From: a virus
Taxonomy: Duplodnaviria; Heunggongvirae; Uroviricota; Caudoviricetes
Direction: 5' to 3' (one strand)
Virus record (IMG/VR): IMGVR_UViG_2654587569_000003
Length of the DNA stretch: 38,765 bases
In this document: one piece after another, positions 13,232-25,900 of the stretch
Numbering within the stretch: position 1 is the stretch's first letter
How the letters are laid out: each line of letters starts with the position of its first letter
The notes under the pieces: model-generated
What the model saw: the letters and a program-made list of their open reading frames with translations, nothing else
What the model was told of the DNA's origin: nothing
The model's database searches: none
Translations under genes and position numbers: made by a program

Positions 13232-13837
13232 TTACACTGGTGTGTTCAGCAAATCGTTAACGGCATCAGATGCCGGGTTACCTGCAGCCAGCGGTGCCGG
13301 TGCCCCCTGCATCAGACGATCCAGCGCAGTGTCACTGCGCGCCTGTGCACTCTGTGGTGCTGCGGCCAGAATGCGGCGGGCCGTTTCCACGGTCATTCCG
13401 GGGGTTTCTGCCAGCACGCGTGCCTGTTCTTCGCGTCCGTGAGCCTCCTCACAGTTGAGGATCCCCATAATGCGGCTGTTTTCTGCCGCAACCGCTGCGG
13501 TGATCTGCGCGTTCACGTCCGGCTGCGCCGCGCTGGCGTTTTCGCCCTCCGTCGCTGACACCACGTCAGTAACATCAGCCTGCGAAGCAGTGGCTGAAAC
13601 AGTTGTTGATTGAGTCTCTTTGGTCATTCGCCCTCCTGAGAGACGGGGTTTACGTGCATCCAGTGCATCACGCATGACGGTGATCGCATCGGTGCTGTTA
13701 ACAAGTTCATCAGCCAGTCCGGCATCAATGGCCTCCTGACCGCTGTACACTGCAGCCTCTGTATCCAGCACAGCCTGCACGGACAGGCCGGTATATGCCG
13801 ACACCTTCTGCGCAAACATCTGGCGGGTTGCATCCAT
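13232..13837 (-). CDS. Nu3: Possible nested scaffold protein Nu3 (in-frame internal start within C)
   Basis: In-frame ATG (MDATRQMFAQKV) at 13837, about 200 codons from C stop; lambda encodes Nu3 in-frame inside C; boundaries recalled not verified. Confidence 0.4.
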   Translation of the reverse strand: MDATRQMFAQKVSAYTGLSVQAVLDTEAAVYSGQEAIDAGLADELVNSTDAITVMRDALDARKPRLSGGRMTKETQSTTVSATASQADVTDVVSATEGENASAAQPDVNAQITAAVAAENSRIMGILNCEEAHGREEQARVLAETPGMTVETARRILAAAPQSAQARSDTALDRLMQGAPAPLAAGNPASDAVNDLLNTPV

Positions 13838-14531
13838 CCGGGACTGCAGTGTCTCCCGGACGTCATCCGGAAGATGGCTGTAGGGATTGCCATCCACCTT
13901 ATGGCTGCCGCTGTAAATCAGCGTGATTTCCACGCCCTGTTTCTCCAGCGCAGCACCGTAATTACTGTGAGCCATCATGACGCCGATGGAGCCTGTCCGG
14001 GCGGTCTGCGTGACCAGACGCCGGGAGGCGGCACTGGCAAGCAGCTGACCTGCACTGCAGTTCATGTCGTTGGCCAGCGCCCATACCGGTTTTATGTCAC
14101 GCACACGGGCGATGATGTCAGCGCAGTCAAATGCCCCCGCCACCATCCCGCCGGGCGTGTCCATATCGAGCAGAATGCCGTCCACCATCGGATCGCTGGC
14201 AGCCTGTTGCAGACGGGCGATAATGCCGTTGTAACCGGTCATCCCCGAATACGGCTGCAGCGCCCGCGTCCGGCTGACCAGCGTGCCGGACACCGGCAGC
14301 ACGGCGATGCCGTTCATGACCTGATAACTGCGGGCCTGTCGTGGTCCGTCATCATCACCGGATAACGCCAGCGTCGCGGGTGCCTCTCCGGCAGCCAGGC
14401 TGTCACCGGACACCGCATCTGTCAGGCGGCTGATCCCAAGCTGGCCTGCAAGCGCACAAAAGAAAACCCGCGCATAGGCGGGTTCAAGCATCAGCGGCTC
14501 ATTAAAGGCCATGCTGGCAATATGCGGGAGA

Positions 14532-14551
<20 letters not shown>
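13232..14551 (-). CDS. C: Capsid assembly protease / minor capsid protein C
   Basis: Matches recalled lambda C from TAELRNLPHIASMAFNEPLMLEPAYARVFF; aligned start is GTG at 14551, overlapping B 3' end. Confidence 0.88.
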
Positions 14552-18232
<3,681 letters not shown>

Positions 18233-18258
<26 letters not shown>

Positions 18259-18778
18259 TCAGCAACCCCGGTATCAGTTCATCCAGCGCGGCTGCTTTGT
18301 TCATGGCTTTGATGATATCCCGTTTCAGAAAATCAACATGTCGGTTTTCCAGTTCCGGAAAACGCCGCTGCACCGACAGGAGGATCCCGTCGAGAATACT
18401 GGCAATTTCACCTGCGATCCGCGACAGCACGAAAGTACAGAATGCGGTTTCCACCACTTCAGCGGAGTCTCTGGCATTTTTCAGCTCCTGTGCGTCGGCC
18501 TGCGCACGCGTAAGTCGATGGCGTTCGTACTCAATAGTCCCTGGCTGGAGATCTGTCTCGCTAGCCTGCCGCAGTTCTTCAACTTCCCGGCGCAGCTTTT
18601 CGTTCTCAATTTCAGCATCCCTTTCGGCATACCATTTTATGACGGCGGCAGAGTCATAAAGCACCTCATTACCCTTGCCACCGCCTCGCAGAACGGGCAT
18701 TCCCTGTTCCTGCCAGTTCTGAATGGTACGGATACTCGCACCGAAAATGTCAGCCAGCTGCTTTTTGTTGACTTCCAT
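18233..18778 (-). CDS. Nu1: Terminase small subunit Nu1
   Basis: 181 aa, MEVNKKQLADIFGASIRTIQNWQEQGMPVLRGGGKGNEVLYDSAAV matches recalled lambda Nu1. Confidence 0.95.
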
Positions 18779-19010
18779 TGTTCATTCCACGGACAAAAAC
18801 AGAGAAAGGAAACGACAGAGGCCAAAAAGCTCGCTTTCAGCACCTGTCGTTTCCTTTCTTTTCAGAGGGTATTTTAAATAAAAACATTAAGTTATGACGA
18901 AGAAGAACGGAAACGCCTTAAACCGGAAAATTTTCATAAATAGCGAAAACCCGCGAGGTCGCCGCCCCGTAGCCTGCCGGATCGCCGGAAAGGACCCAAT
19001 AAAATGATAA
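18779..19010. other. cos region; cosN 12-nt cohesive-end sequence at 18956..18967 (rc GGGCGGCGACCT), cosB towards Nu1, cosQ side at higher coordinates
   Basis: Plus strand CGAAAACCCGCGAGGTCGCCGCCCCGTAGCCTGCCGGATCGCCGG reproduces recalled lambda cos junction. Confidence 0.85.
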
Positions 19011-19205
19011 TAATTATCATTTATATAAATGCCATCACACATCCCACGTACACCATAAAACCACGACAAATAATCAATTTTGTCCAAGTCATGCATTAAT
19101 TGATCTGTGTCAACTTAACGTAAAGACATCTTAAGACAATACAAATCAGCAGCACTGAACACGGAAAAACACAATGTCATCAAAAAATAAAGCTTCCCAA
19201 ACCAG

Positions 19206-19346
19206 ATGATTAATCAAATCCATATTGCCCTTGAACGTAAGGGATCGGGTAATTTTTCGGCATGGGTTATTGAAGCCTGCAGGAGAAGGCTGGCAACAGA
19301 TGCAAAGCACCTGCGCCCGGCCAGCATGAAAAATAACGAGAAATGA
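19206..19346 (+). CDS. Small hypothetical protein (46 aa), possibly ribbon-helix-helix-like
   Basis: ATG 19206 to TGA 19346, MINQIHIALERKGSGNFSAWVIEACRRRL; short upstream ORF ends in ATGA overlap; no strong SD. Confidence 0.3.
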   Translation: MINQIHIALERKGSGNFSAWVIEACRRRLATDAKHLRPASMKNNEK

Positions 19347-19478
19347 ACGTTCGGTTACAGGAACCGGTAGCTACTGTCTTCTAACAATATTTCATCTTCA
19401 TATCCGGCGAAACAAGACTTTACCCTGCAGGGATGTACTGAATAGCAACAGAGTGATAATTAACTTCTGATAAAATAA

Positions 19479-19805
19479 TCAGGGTGCTGAAGGACTAAAG
19501 ATAAATGTTTTCTTCACGCCTTTACGCGGCTTGTCCTTCTCAAATCGCCATTTTGCCATCGCCTTTACAACCTGCTCATCAAACAGATGGTGCGGCTCTG
19601 AACGGATAAACTCAATTCGGGTGACAGTACCATCAGCACCAATATCAAACTTCACATCAACCCGTCCCTTTATATAATTTGCCGCGGCATAGGCCGGATA
19701 TTGTGGTAATGCCTTAACCAACTGTCGAGGCATATCTGTTTTATGTTGCGTACAGCCCATAACCAAAGAAGACAACAAAATAATTAACGGAAGATTTCTT
19801 TTCAT
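19479..19805 (-). CDS. Lipoprotein with TonB C-terminal-like domain (moron next to cos)
   Basis: MKRNLPLIILLSSLVMGC signal/lipobox-like N-terminus; then YPAYAAANYIKGRVDVKFDIGADGTVTRIEFIRSEPHHLFDEQVVKAMAKWRFE resembles TonB C-terminal signature; GGGA SD before ATG 19805. Confidence 0.65.
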   Translation of the reverse strand: MKRNLPLIILLSSLVMGCTQHKTDMPRQLVKALPQYPAYAAANYIKGRVDVKFDIGADGTVTRIEFIRSEPHHLFDEQVVKAMAKWRFEKDKPRKGVKKTFIFSPSAP

Positions 19806-19825
19806 TTTTATTCCCGGCATAGATA

Positions 19826-19842
19826 AGAATAAGTCTTATTCT
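19826..19842. promoter_or_regulatory. 17-bp perfect palindrome AGAATAAG-T-CTTATTCT upstream of the TonB-C-like gene; candidate operator
   Basis: Read directly; overlaps TAGAAT -10-like hexamer with TTGATG 19 nt upstream on minus strand. Confidence 0.4.
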
Positions 19843-20480
19843 AACAATGCAGCCCTGTCGGTCATCAATCCTCTGCTTAATGGCAATGACAATTATCCGA
19901 CTTAAATCACAAATCAGACACATGACATAACAGAGCTTGCGAGGTAACACATCGTCCGGTTTCTTCCACCATCGCACCGGACCAGCGACCATGAGGGGAC
20001 AACGCCGCGCTCCGTTAACACGGTAAACCCCGGTGTGTATCGTTTTTGATTATCCCCGCACACTCGCGCAGAGGAGTCTCCCTCTCGGGCTGTGGTCTCT
20101 GTTGATGCGGGAATACGGCGACGATACAGTGCATAGTTATGTCAGGCTAAAATGCCTTTATCAAATCTGGGTAACGCAATCTGCCATTGTTGGCTCCGGT
20201 TGTGGTGATGATGTCAAGCAAGCCCATCTTGACTATCTCAACTAGTCGATTCATGACATATGTCACATTTATACCAACCAGATCATTGCGTTGAGTTTAC
20301 AACTCAATAATTCTTGGTTGGACGTCAAGTTTTGACGGTATTCGGGTGGCAGTTGATAGCAATCTTGGAACCGTCCACCTAATAGCTGCTTGTGTGGCGT
20401 TTAAATTGTGGAGTGCTCGCAACAGAACTTTTCTTTCTTGTTTGCGAGCGATGTTTAGCAACTTTTAAGAGAGTTAAGTC

Positions 20481-20711
20481 ATGGAGTTTTTGAAAGAGCA
20501 TCATTTGCCTTCAATAATTTTTGGAATTTTTTCCGCCATTTTTTGGATTATTTCATGTTTTGCATCTTCCAAAGAACACCCACCAAAAACGGAACAAGGC
20601 AGTTTCTCATCACTGGGTTGTTTTAAAGCCATTGAAATACAAAGTAAATGGAATAAACGGGCTGCTTTTTGCGCAGCGTTAGCTGTTCTTGCTCAAGTAT
20701 TTAGCTTTTAG
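20481..20711 (+). CDS. Small two-helix membrane protein (76 aa), opposite strand to late operon
   Basis: Two hydrophobic segments; followed by intrinsic terminator; inverted repeat 20415..20449 upstream. Confidence 0.5.
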   Translation: MEFLKEHHLPSIIFGIFSAIFWIISCFASSKEHPPKTEQGSFSSLGCFKAIEIQSKWNKRAAFCAALAVLAQVFSF

Positions 20712-20728
20712 TTTCAAAAGTGTAAATC

Positions 20729-20765
20729 AGAACCACTCGTATAGCGGGTGGTTCTCTGTTTTATT
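20729..20765 (+). terminator. Intrinsic terminator after the small membrane protein gene
   Basis: 8-bp stem AGAACCAC/GTGGTTCT followed by CTGTTTTATT. Confidence 0.6.
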
Positions 20766-20827
20766 CGTGTTGCGACTAAAACTAACTAAAATCACGCATA
20801 TGAAAGATAATGGGAAAATTATCGCTA

Positions 20828-21265
20828 TCATCGAAGGCATTGCGTCCTAATGTACTCCTGCAAGTAGTTAACCTGCGCGGTTATCCTGTCGATTCCACTT
20901 CGGAGACGGTAATAATTGAGTTCAGCATCTGCTGTAAGTCCTGGGGTTTCTCCATTGCCCATGCCGCTGGCTCCGGTCGTTGACTTTGCACAGGTGGCGG
21001 CGACTTGCAGGCGCTTACGCCCAGCAGAAACATCAGCACGGAGACTTTCGATAGTCGCATTAGCATCAGCAAGCTCCTTTGTGTATCTGGCGTCAAGTTC
21101 TGCTACATCACGTTGCCGCTTCTGCATATCAGCGATGATGGATGTGGCTTTATCGCGCTGCTCTTTGTAGGCGATGGCGTTATCACGGTAATGATTAACA
21201 GCCCATGAAAGGCAGACGATGAGGCAGATGACCAGAACGTAGATAATCGCGGTTACTCTGCTCAT
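20828..21265 (-). CDS. Rz: i-spanin Rz
   Basis: [34 protein letters not shown] matches recalled lambda Rz; ATGA overlap with R stop at 21262..21265. Confidence 0.9.
   Translation of the reverse strand: MSRVTAIIYVLVICLIVCLSWAVNHYRDNAIAYKEQRDKATSIIADMQKRQRDVAELDARYTKELADANATIESLRADVSAGRKRLQVAATCAKSTTGASGMGNGETPGLTADAELNYYRLRSGIDRITAQVNYLQEYIRTQCLR
20881..21066 (-). CDS. Rz1: o-spanin Rz1 embedded in Rz in +1 frame
   Basis: Internal start [20 protein letters not shown] lipobox then proline-rich [16 protein letters not shown]; start choice by analogy. Confidence 0.75.
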   Translation of the reverse strand: MLMRLSKVSVLMFLLGVSACKSPPPVQSQRPEPAAWAMEKPQDLQQMLNSIITVSEVESTG

Positions 21266-21759
21266 TGTTGCCCCCACAAACAGACTTCACGCTCAATCTC
21301 ACGGCGAGTCATCAGCCCTTTCCATTGCTTACCGCCAGCGTATGTCCAGCGCCGTAGCTGATCACATGCGCCTTTGATATCGCCCTGGTTTATTTTGCGA
21401 AGAAGCGTCGATGTTCTGAAATTGCCAGCGCCCACGTTGTAAACGAACGAGTAAAGAGCGCCGCGCGTTGTTTCCGGTATATCGACGTTGATGTACGGGT
21501 TTATTTGTCTGGCGACCGTGGCAAGGTCTTTATTCAGGAGGGCTTTGCATTCTGCTTCGGTATACGTTTTACCGGGCATGATGTCTTTTCCGGTGTGTCC
21601 GTGACATACAGTCCATACGCCAACGATATCTTCGTATGGTATGTAGCTGACACCTTCCAGGCCATCGTCACCACTCGGACCAGTGATGAGCACAGACGCT
21701 ATGGCAACAGCCCCACCACCAATAGCAGCAGCAACGGCTTTTCGTAATGATGGAGGCAT
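21262..21759 (-). CDS. R: SAR endolysin R (T4-lysozyme-like fold, N-terminal signal-arrest-release helix), phage-21 type
   Basis: 165 aa, [52 protein letters not shown] matches recalled R21. Confidence 0.9.
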   Translation of the reverse strand: MPPSLRKAVAAAIGGGAVAIASVLITGPSGDDGLEGVSYIPYEDIVGVWTVCHGHTGKDIMPGKTYTEAECKALLNKDLATVARQINPYINVDIPETTRGALYSFVYNVGAGNFRTSTLLRKINQGDIKGACDQLRRWTYAGGKQWKGLMTRREIEREVCLWGQQ

Positions 21760-21965
21760 TATTCACCTCTCGCAGCCTTGCGCTTATCTTCTTTAATCTT
21801 GAAATAAAGGTTTGTCAGATACGTCAGCAGGCCAAACAGCAGACTCCCCAGCACACCTATTGCCACCCACTGGGACGGAGAGACTTTGTCCAGCAGCTGC
21901 AGTAACCAGTATCCCGTCCCCACCGCTGACGTGGTGTATGACACACCTGTTGTGATTTTTTCCAT
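21759..21965 (-). CDS. S: Pinholin S, phage-21 type
   Basis: 68 aa, ..[43 protein letters not shown] matches recalled S21; single start, no upstream in-frame start. Confidence 0.88.
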   Translation of the reverse strand: MEKITTGVSYTTSAVGTGYWLLQLLDKVSPSQWVAIGVLGSLLFGLLTYLTNLYFKIKEDKRKAARGE

Positions 21966-22007
21966 CTGATGTATGTCTCCGTCACCGCCGACAGAAAATG
22001 AAAGTAA

Positions 22008-22046
22008 AGAAAAACAAAAAAGCCGCCAGTGTCACCCACTGACGGC
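22008..22046 (-). terminator. Strong intrinsic terminator about 45 nt upstream of S (tR'-like position)
   Basis: Minus strand GCCGTCAGTG-GGTGA-CACTGGCGGC then TTTTTTTGTTTTTC. Confidence 0.7.
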
Positions 22047-22221
22047 CAACGCCGGGAGCCGTGATTATGGCATTCAGGCTCTGCTAAAAATGCCAGATAA
22101 CATTCCGGCCAACCCCTGATTCAGGTTATAAATGACACAATATCTTGACAACATCCGTCACTGTCTGTCAGAAAATGTACTGCCAAGTATAAGTATCATG
22201 TGAAGTACATCTACCCGTTTT

Positions 22222-22258
22222 AGCCAGCGTCCTTCAGAGTGGGCGCTGGCTTTTTTTA
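22222..22258 (+). terminator. Plus-strand intrinsic terminator abutting the nanS-p stop codon
   Basis: AGCCAGCG-N14-CGCTGGCT followed by TTTTTTT; no U-tract in minus orientation. Confidence 0.6.
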
Positions 22259-24109
22259 TTATGCTGCCGGTGCATTTATCTCCAGCACCAGACTTTCTAT
22301 CTCAACGCCATACGCTGCATTTTTTGTAACATCCGTCAGCGTCAGCGCATTCAGTCCCAGTGTCAGACTGTCTTTTATAACCTGGAATGCCGGGCCAGCC
22401 ACTCCATTCAGTTTCGGAGTAACCGTGGCACTGCCGGCGGTGAACACCAGCTCCAGCGTCTGCCAGTCGTTACCGTAATCGCCGAACTCCCCCAGCTTCG
22501 TGTTTCCGGCTTTCCTGTGATGCATCAGATTCACTCTGCCGTCAGTGGTCTGAGTGAAGTAAGACATCAGGAACGGATTACCAGTACCCGTCATCGCCAC
22601 ATCATCAGGAACGGGAGCGTCCGTATACAGATAAATCCCCAGCCCGAACTGATTGTTGGTCAGTGCGCCTGAGAGGCGGAACTTACAGGTCAGTCTGCCG
22701 CCCTGTGTCAGCAGGGTAATTGCGTCATCCACCGGATGCATCAGGGACCAGGTTTTATTGCTCTGCTTGGTGATCTTAAATACACCATCTGACAACTGAA
22801 TTCCGCCATTCTTAATGCTCCAGCCCTGCGCAGCAGCATCTCCGGCTGTCGGCAACAGGGAGATTGTGCGTACGGATGCATCTTCAGACGGCCCCGATGG
22901 CGTGTCGCCGCCGGGCGAGGGTTTGATTTCCGGTGCCTTACCACTAATGAAGGCTAAGGTGCGACCGGCTACGTTCAGAATAGCAGTTGCCATACGATCG
23001 GGAATAATGCCACGACGCGCCCATGAGCTGAAATGCGTCGGGCGATTTGATGATACCCAGTTTTTGTTCGTTCGGGATGCCGAACCGTAATAACCAGACC
23101 CGGCAATATCAGGATCTTCTGACGGGTTGTTTGTCGGTGTATTAACTCCGCTACCATCGGTCATAAAGGGAACAAAATAAATCTGCTGGGATTCTTTACC
23201 TTTATATGCACCATATACCACTTCATATTGCGTACCGTGTTCTTGTTTCCACGCGTATGTCGTGTCGCCACAAATCCAGGGGACTGATGCCGGACTTCCA
23301 CCGTGACACTGCGCCGCCAGCCCGGCAAAGTCAGCACGGAACTGCTGTACCATTGCAAGAAATGCTGCTGGCTGCTGGGCGTAACTGGCATTCGTCATAT
23401 CGAATTCCCCCTGCATCCAGCATATCGCCAGCAAAACGTTTTTCGGGTTTTTCTGCAATGCTGCCTTCGTGCGGAAAAGCAGATCCTGATATAACGGCTT
23501 ACCCACTCCCCAGCGAGCCGAATCCTGACTGGCCCCCGTGGACTCGCTGAATGTCCCCTCCGTGCCCTGGGTGAATGCCGAACCACCACGACAGCATGGT
23601 ACCAGCAGGATCCCCGCATTATTAGGGATATACGGAAGCAGTTTTTTGGCAATATGTAAGCCCTGTCCGACACAGCCGTACTGCCCTTTGCTCAGGTCAG
23701 CCCGGGGATGGTTAATCGTACTCATATCCTGAACATCATGCAGACAATGGTCAGCAGGAATGATGTCGTTAAATACGCATACTTCACCACCGGGAGTCAC
23801 TGTGTTACGACGGGCCAGTTGCTTAATGCGCGGATGGGGCGCATCGTATGAATCCGGAAGCGGAAGCCCTTCACCGTAAGCCATGGCATTGGATTGCCCG
23901 GCCAGTACGATGACGTAGTACCACTCTGGCTCAGTTGCACCACTGACGACCACATCACCTTCTGCTGCAATCGCCTGCATCAGGGTATAAGGGGTTATGG
24001 CCACCGGACTACCAAACGGCTGCCAGCCCTCTTTCAGTTTATGTGTCAGCTTTTCCGCAAGATCTGACGGCGACGCCGCCCTGACAACATCATAGTGTTT
24101 AAATGCCAT
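22259..24109 (-). CDS. NanS-p-like sialate O-acetylesterase (N-terminal DUF1737-like region plus SGNH/SASA esterase)
   Basis: MAFKHYDVVRAASPSDLAEKLTHKLKEGWQPFGSP..VIVLAGQSNAMAYGEG; position between stx slot and lysis genes as in Stx prophages; start at second Met with GGTGGA SD. Confidence 0.8.
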   Translation of the reverse strand: MAFKHYDVVRAASPSDLAEKLTHKLKEGWQPFGSPVAITPYTLMQAIAAEGDVVVSGATEPEWYYVIVLAGQSNAMAYGEGLPLPDSYDAPHPRIKQLARRNTVTPGGEVCVFNDIIPADHCLHDVQDMSTINHPRADLSKGQYGCVGQGLHIAKKLLPYIPNNAGILLVPCCRGGSAFTQGTEGTFSESTGASQDSARWGVGKPLYQDLLFRTKAALQKNPKNVLLAICWMQGEFDMTNASYAQQPAAFLAMVQQFRADFAGLAAQCHGGSPASVPWICGDTTYAWKQEHGTQYEVVYGAYKGKESQQIYFVPFMTDGSGVNTPTNNPSEDPDIAGSGYYGSASRTNKNWVSSNRPTHFSSWARRGIIPDRMATAILNVAGRTLAFISGKAPEIKPSPGGDTPSGPSEDASVRTISLLPTAGDAAAQGWSIKNGGIQLSDGVFKITKQSNKTWSLMHPVDDAITLLTQGGRLTCKFRLSGALTNNQFGLGIYLYTDAPVPDDVAMTGTGNPFLMSYFTQTTDGRVNLMHHRKAGNTKLGEFGDYGNDWQTLELVFTAGSATVTPKLNGVAGPAFQVIKDSLTLGLNALTLTDVTKNAAYGVEIESLVLEINAPAA

Positions 24110-24369
24110 GGTTCTTTCCACCATCTGAAAAATAATTCTTTAAAATACCTGACATGTAATACAGAAAAAACACAAAACCATACCTTAAATAAAAACCTCA
24201 TCATCAAGCAGATATGCATGGATAAACTACAAGACGAGATATAAACCACCCTGCATTTAAATAAACAATAAACAACATCAGAAAAATAATTCTGCTCTAT
24301 GGTTTACAATCAAAAATATCATTTATACTTTTCAGAACATCACCAGCAAGGCATAAACAAGGAAACTAA

Positions 24370-24705
24370 ATGAAGTGGATTGTGATTGATACAGTTATCC
24401 AGCCATCATGCGGAATATCTTTTTCAGTCATATGGAGTAAAATAAAATTAATAATCTGGTATCAATCGGATGCTTTCTTACCTCCTGAAAGTATATTTAC
24501 ACTGACTCACACAGGTATCATGCTCAATAACAAAGTGCTACCTGTAACCATTTACAACGTAGTACCATTCAATAAAACATTCTGGAATTTAATCAAAAAC
24601 AGCCAGGAATGCCCTACAAATACAGATAACGTATTGAATGAATGCTTTAATAACCGTTGCACTCTGCAAATATGTCCTTATGGACTAAAACAACAAAGTC
24701 CATAA
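24370..24705 (+). CDS. Hypothetical Cys-containing protein (111 aa) in AT-rich cargo segment
   Basis: AAGGA SD 9 nt upstream; TTTACA-17-TACTTT promoter-like hexamers at 24303..24331; hairpin downstream; no recognisable family. Confidence 0.45.
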   Translation: MKWIVIDTVIQPSCGISFSVIWSKIKLIIWYQSDAFLPPESIFTLTHTGIMLNNKVLPVTIYNVVPFNKTFWNLIKNSQECPTNTDNVLNECFNNRCTLQICPYGLKQQSP

Positions 24706-24740
24706 GGAGTTTACTCACATCTGACAAAATCAATATAAAC

Positions 24741-24760
24741 AGCCCCTCCGGAGAGGGGCT
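24741..24760. terminator. Perfect hairpin AGCCCCTC-CGGA-GAGGGGCT between convergent cargo ORFs
   Basis: 8-bp stem read directly; flanking U-tracts weak in both orientations. Confidence 0.4.
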
Positions 24761-25137
24761 GGAGAGTGGCGCTATGTGCCATTGCATGGTGCCGGGTGCC
24801 TCCCGGTGAATTCAGTACCAGCACCTGAATCCGCGATTATCCCATATACCTACTCGCTGATTGCCCCTCCGCACAGGTGGATTCACCATGCCAGTTTCTT
24901 TTAACAAACTCCCCGCAAACCAGACAACAGTCAACCGCCTGAATTGTGAAGTATTTAAAAATTTCTCCGGCTAACAGTCTGGCGTTTTCTTTTTCAGCAA
25001 CGGGAAAGCAACAACCACCACACCCGCCACCAGTACACAGTCAGCCAGCACTGACATTATCCGGCTGCTGCAATGCCATTCACAAAAACAGTAAGCAATC
25101 ACTTTTTACCGTAACAGGTGATAATCCAGATATGTAT

Positions 25138-25464
25138 CTACCCCAGATGAGTAATCCGAAGTTCATCCATACCACAGGTCCTGGCTATTCTGTTGTACTC
25201 CTGAACAAGAGCAAATAATTCTGAATTAGCAACCATGAACTCATCGCAAACCCTCTGTATAGCATCACTATTCAGAAGAATAACGTCTCTTCCCGAAAGA
25301 CGATCAGGAGTACAGAACAAAACTGTCAAACGGCTGAAGGCCTTTGCTCGTGCTGCATTGACTATATCAATACGCTGCCTAAGGATGAAACACCCCGACG
25401 CCTCATCAATATTCACTCTACCCACACCATATGAATGATAAATATTTAATACTGAAAAAACCAT
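25138..25464 (-). CDS. Hypothetical protein (about 108 aa from internal Met) in cargo segment
   Basis: ORF track entry; no convincing SD; AT-rich; no recognisable motif. Confidence 0.3.
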   Translation of the reverse strand: MVFSVLNIYHSYGVGRVNIDEASGCFILRQRIDIVNAARAKAFSRLTVLFCTPDRLSGRDVILLNSDAIQRVCDEFMVANSELFALVQEYNRIARTCGMDELRITHLG

Positions 25465-25601
25465 TAGACCGTATAACAAACACTCAATCAATACTTAACA
25501 GAACTTTTATTTTTGACAAACATATAATATTTTCAACAATATACTGAGCCAGGTATATTCCAGTATAAGGCTCTGCCGGAAGAAATCTGGAAGAATGAAT
25601 A

Positions 25602-25678
25602 TGGCGCGTTGTACTGGATTCGAACCAGTGACCGATTGCTTAGAAGGCAATTGCTCTGTCCGGCTGAGCTAACAACGC
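25602..25678 (-). tRNA. tRNA-Arg (anticodon UCU)
   Basis: Canonical cloverleaf by hand: acceptor GCGTTGT/ACAACGC, anticodon loop CTTCTAA, T-loop TTCGAAT, CCA encoded. Confidence 0.85.
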
Positions 25679-25691
25679 ATAATGCAGATAA

Positions 25692-25768
25692 TGGATTGCC
25701 ATCGGGGACCCGGGCCCCACACAGCCAGTTTCGAAAGCTGACGCTCTCTGCCGATGAGCTAATGGCGG
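25692..25768 (-). tRNA. Degenerate tRNA-like sequence (possible tRNA-Arg UCG relic)
   Basis: Good D-arm and anticodon arm (loop TTTCGAA) but acceptor has 2 terminal mismatches and T-loop is CCCGGGT. Confidence 0.35.
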
Positions 25769-25775
25769 TATGTGA

Positions 25776-25851
25776 TGGTGGCCCTTGCTGGATTTGAACC
25801 AGCGACCTGGCGATTATGAGTCGCTCGCTCTCACCACTGAGCTAAAGGGCC
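25776..25851 (-). tRNA. tRNA with CAU anticodon, Ile2 (ileX-like) type
   Basis: Acceptor GGCCCTT/AAGGGCC, anticodon loop CTCATAA, T-loop TTCAAAT, CCA encoded; resembles recalled ileX. Confidence 0.85.
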
Positions 25852-25900
25852 GGTAGCAGAATAATAATGGTGCGTAATTAATTCTGCAATCCCATCCGTT

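Noticed and set aside
19741-19992. 83-aa minus-strand ORF overlapping the 5' end of the TonB-C-like gene
   Set aside because: Overlaps the promoter/operator region and has no SD; more likely non-coding
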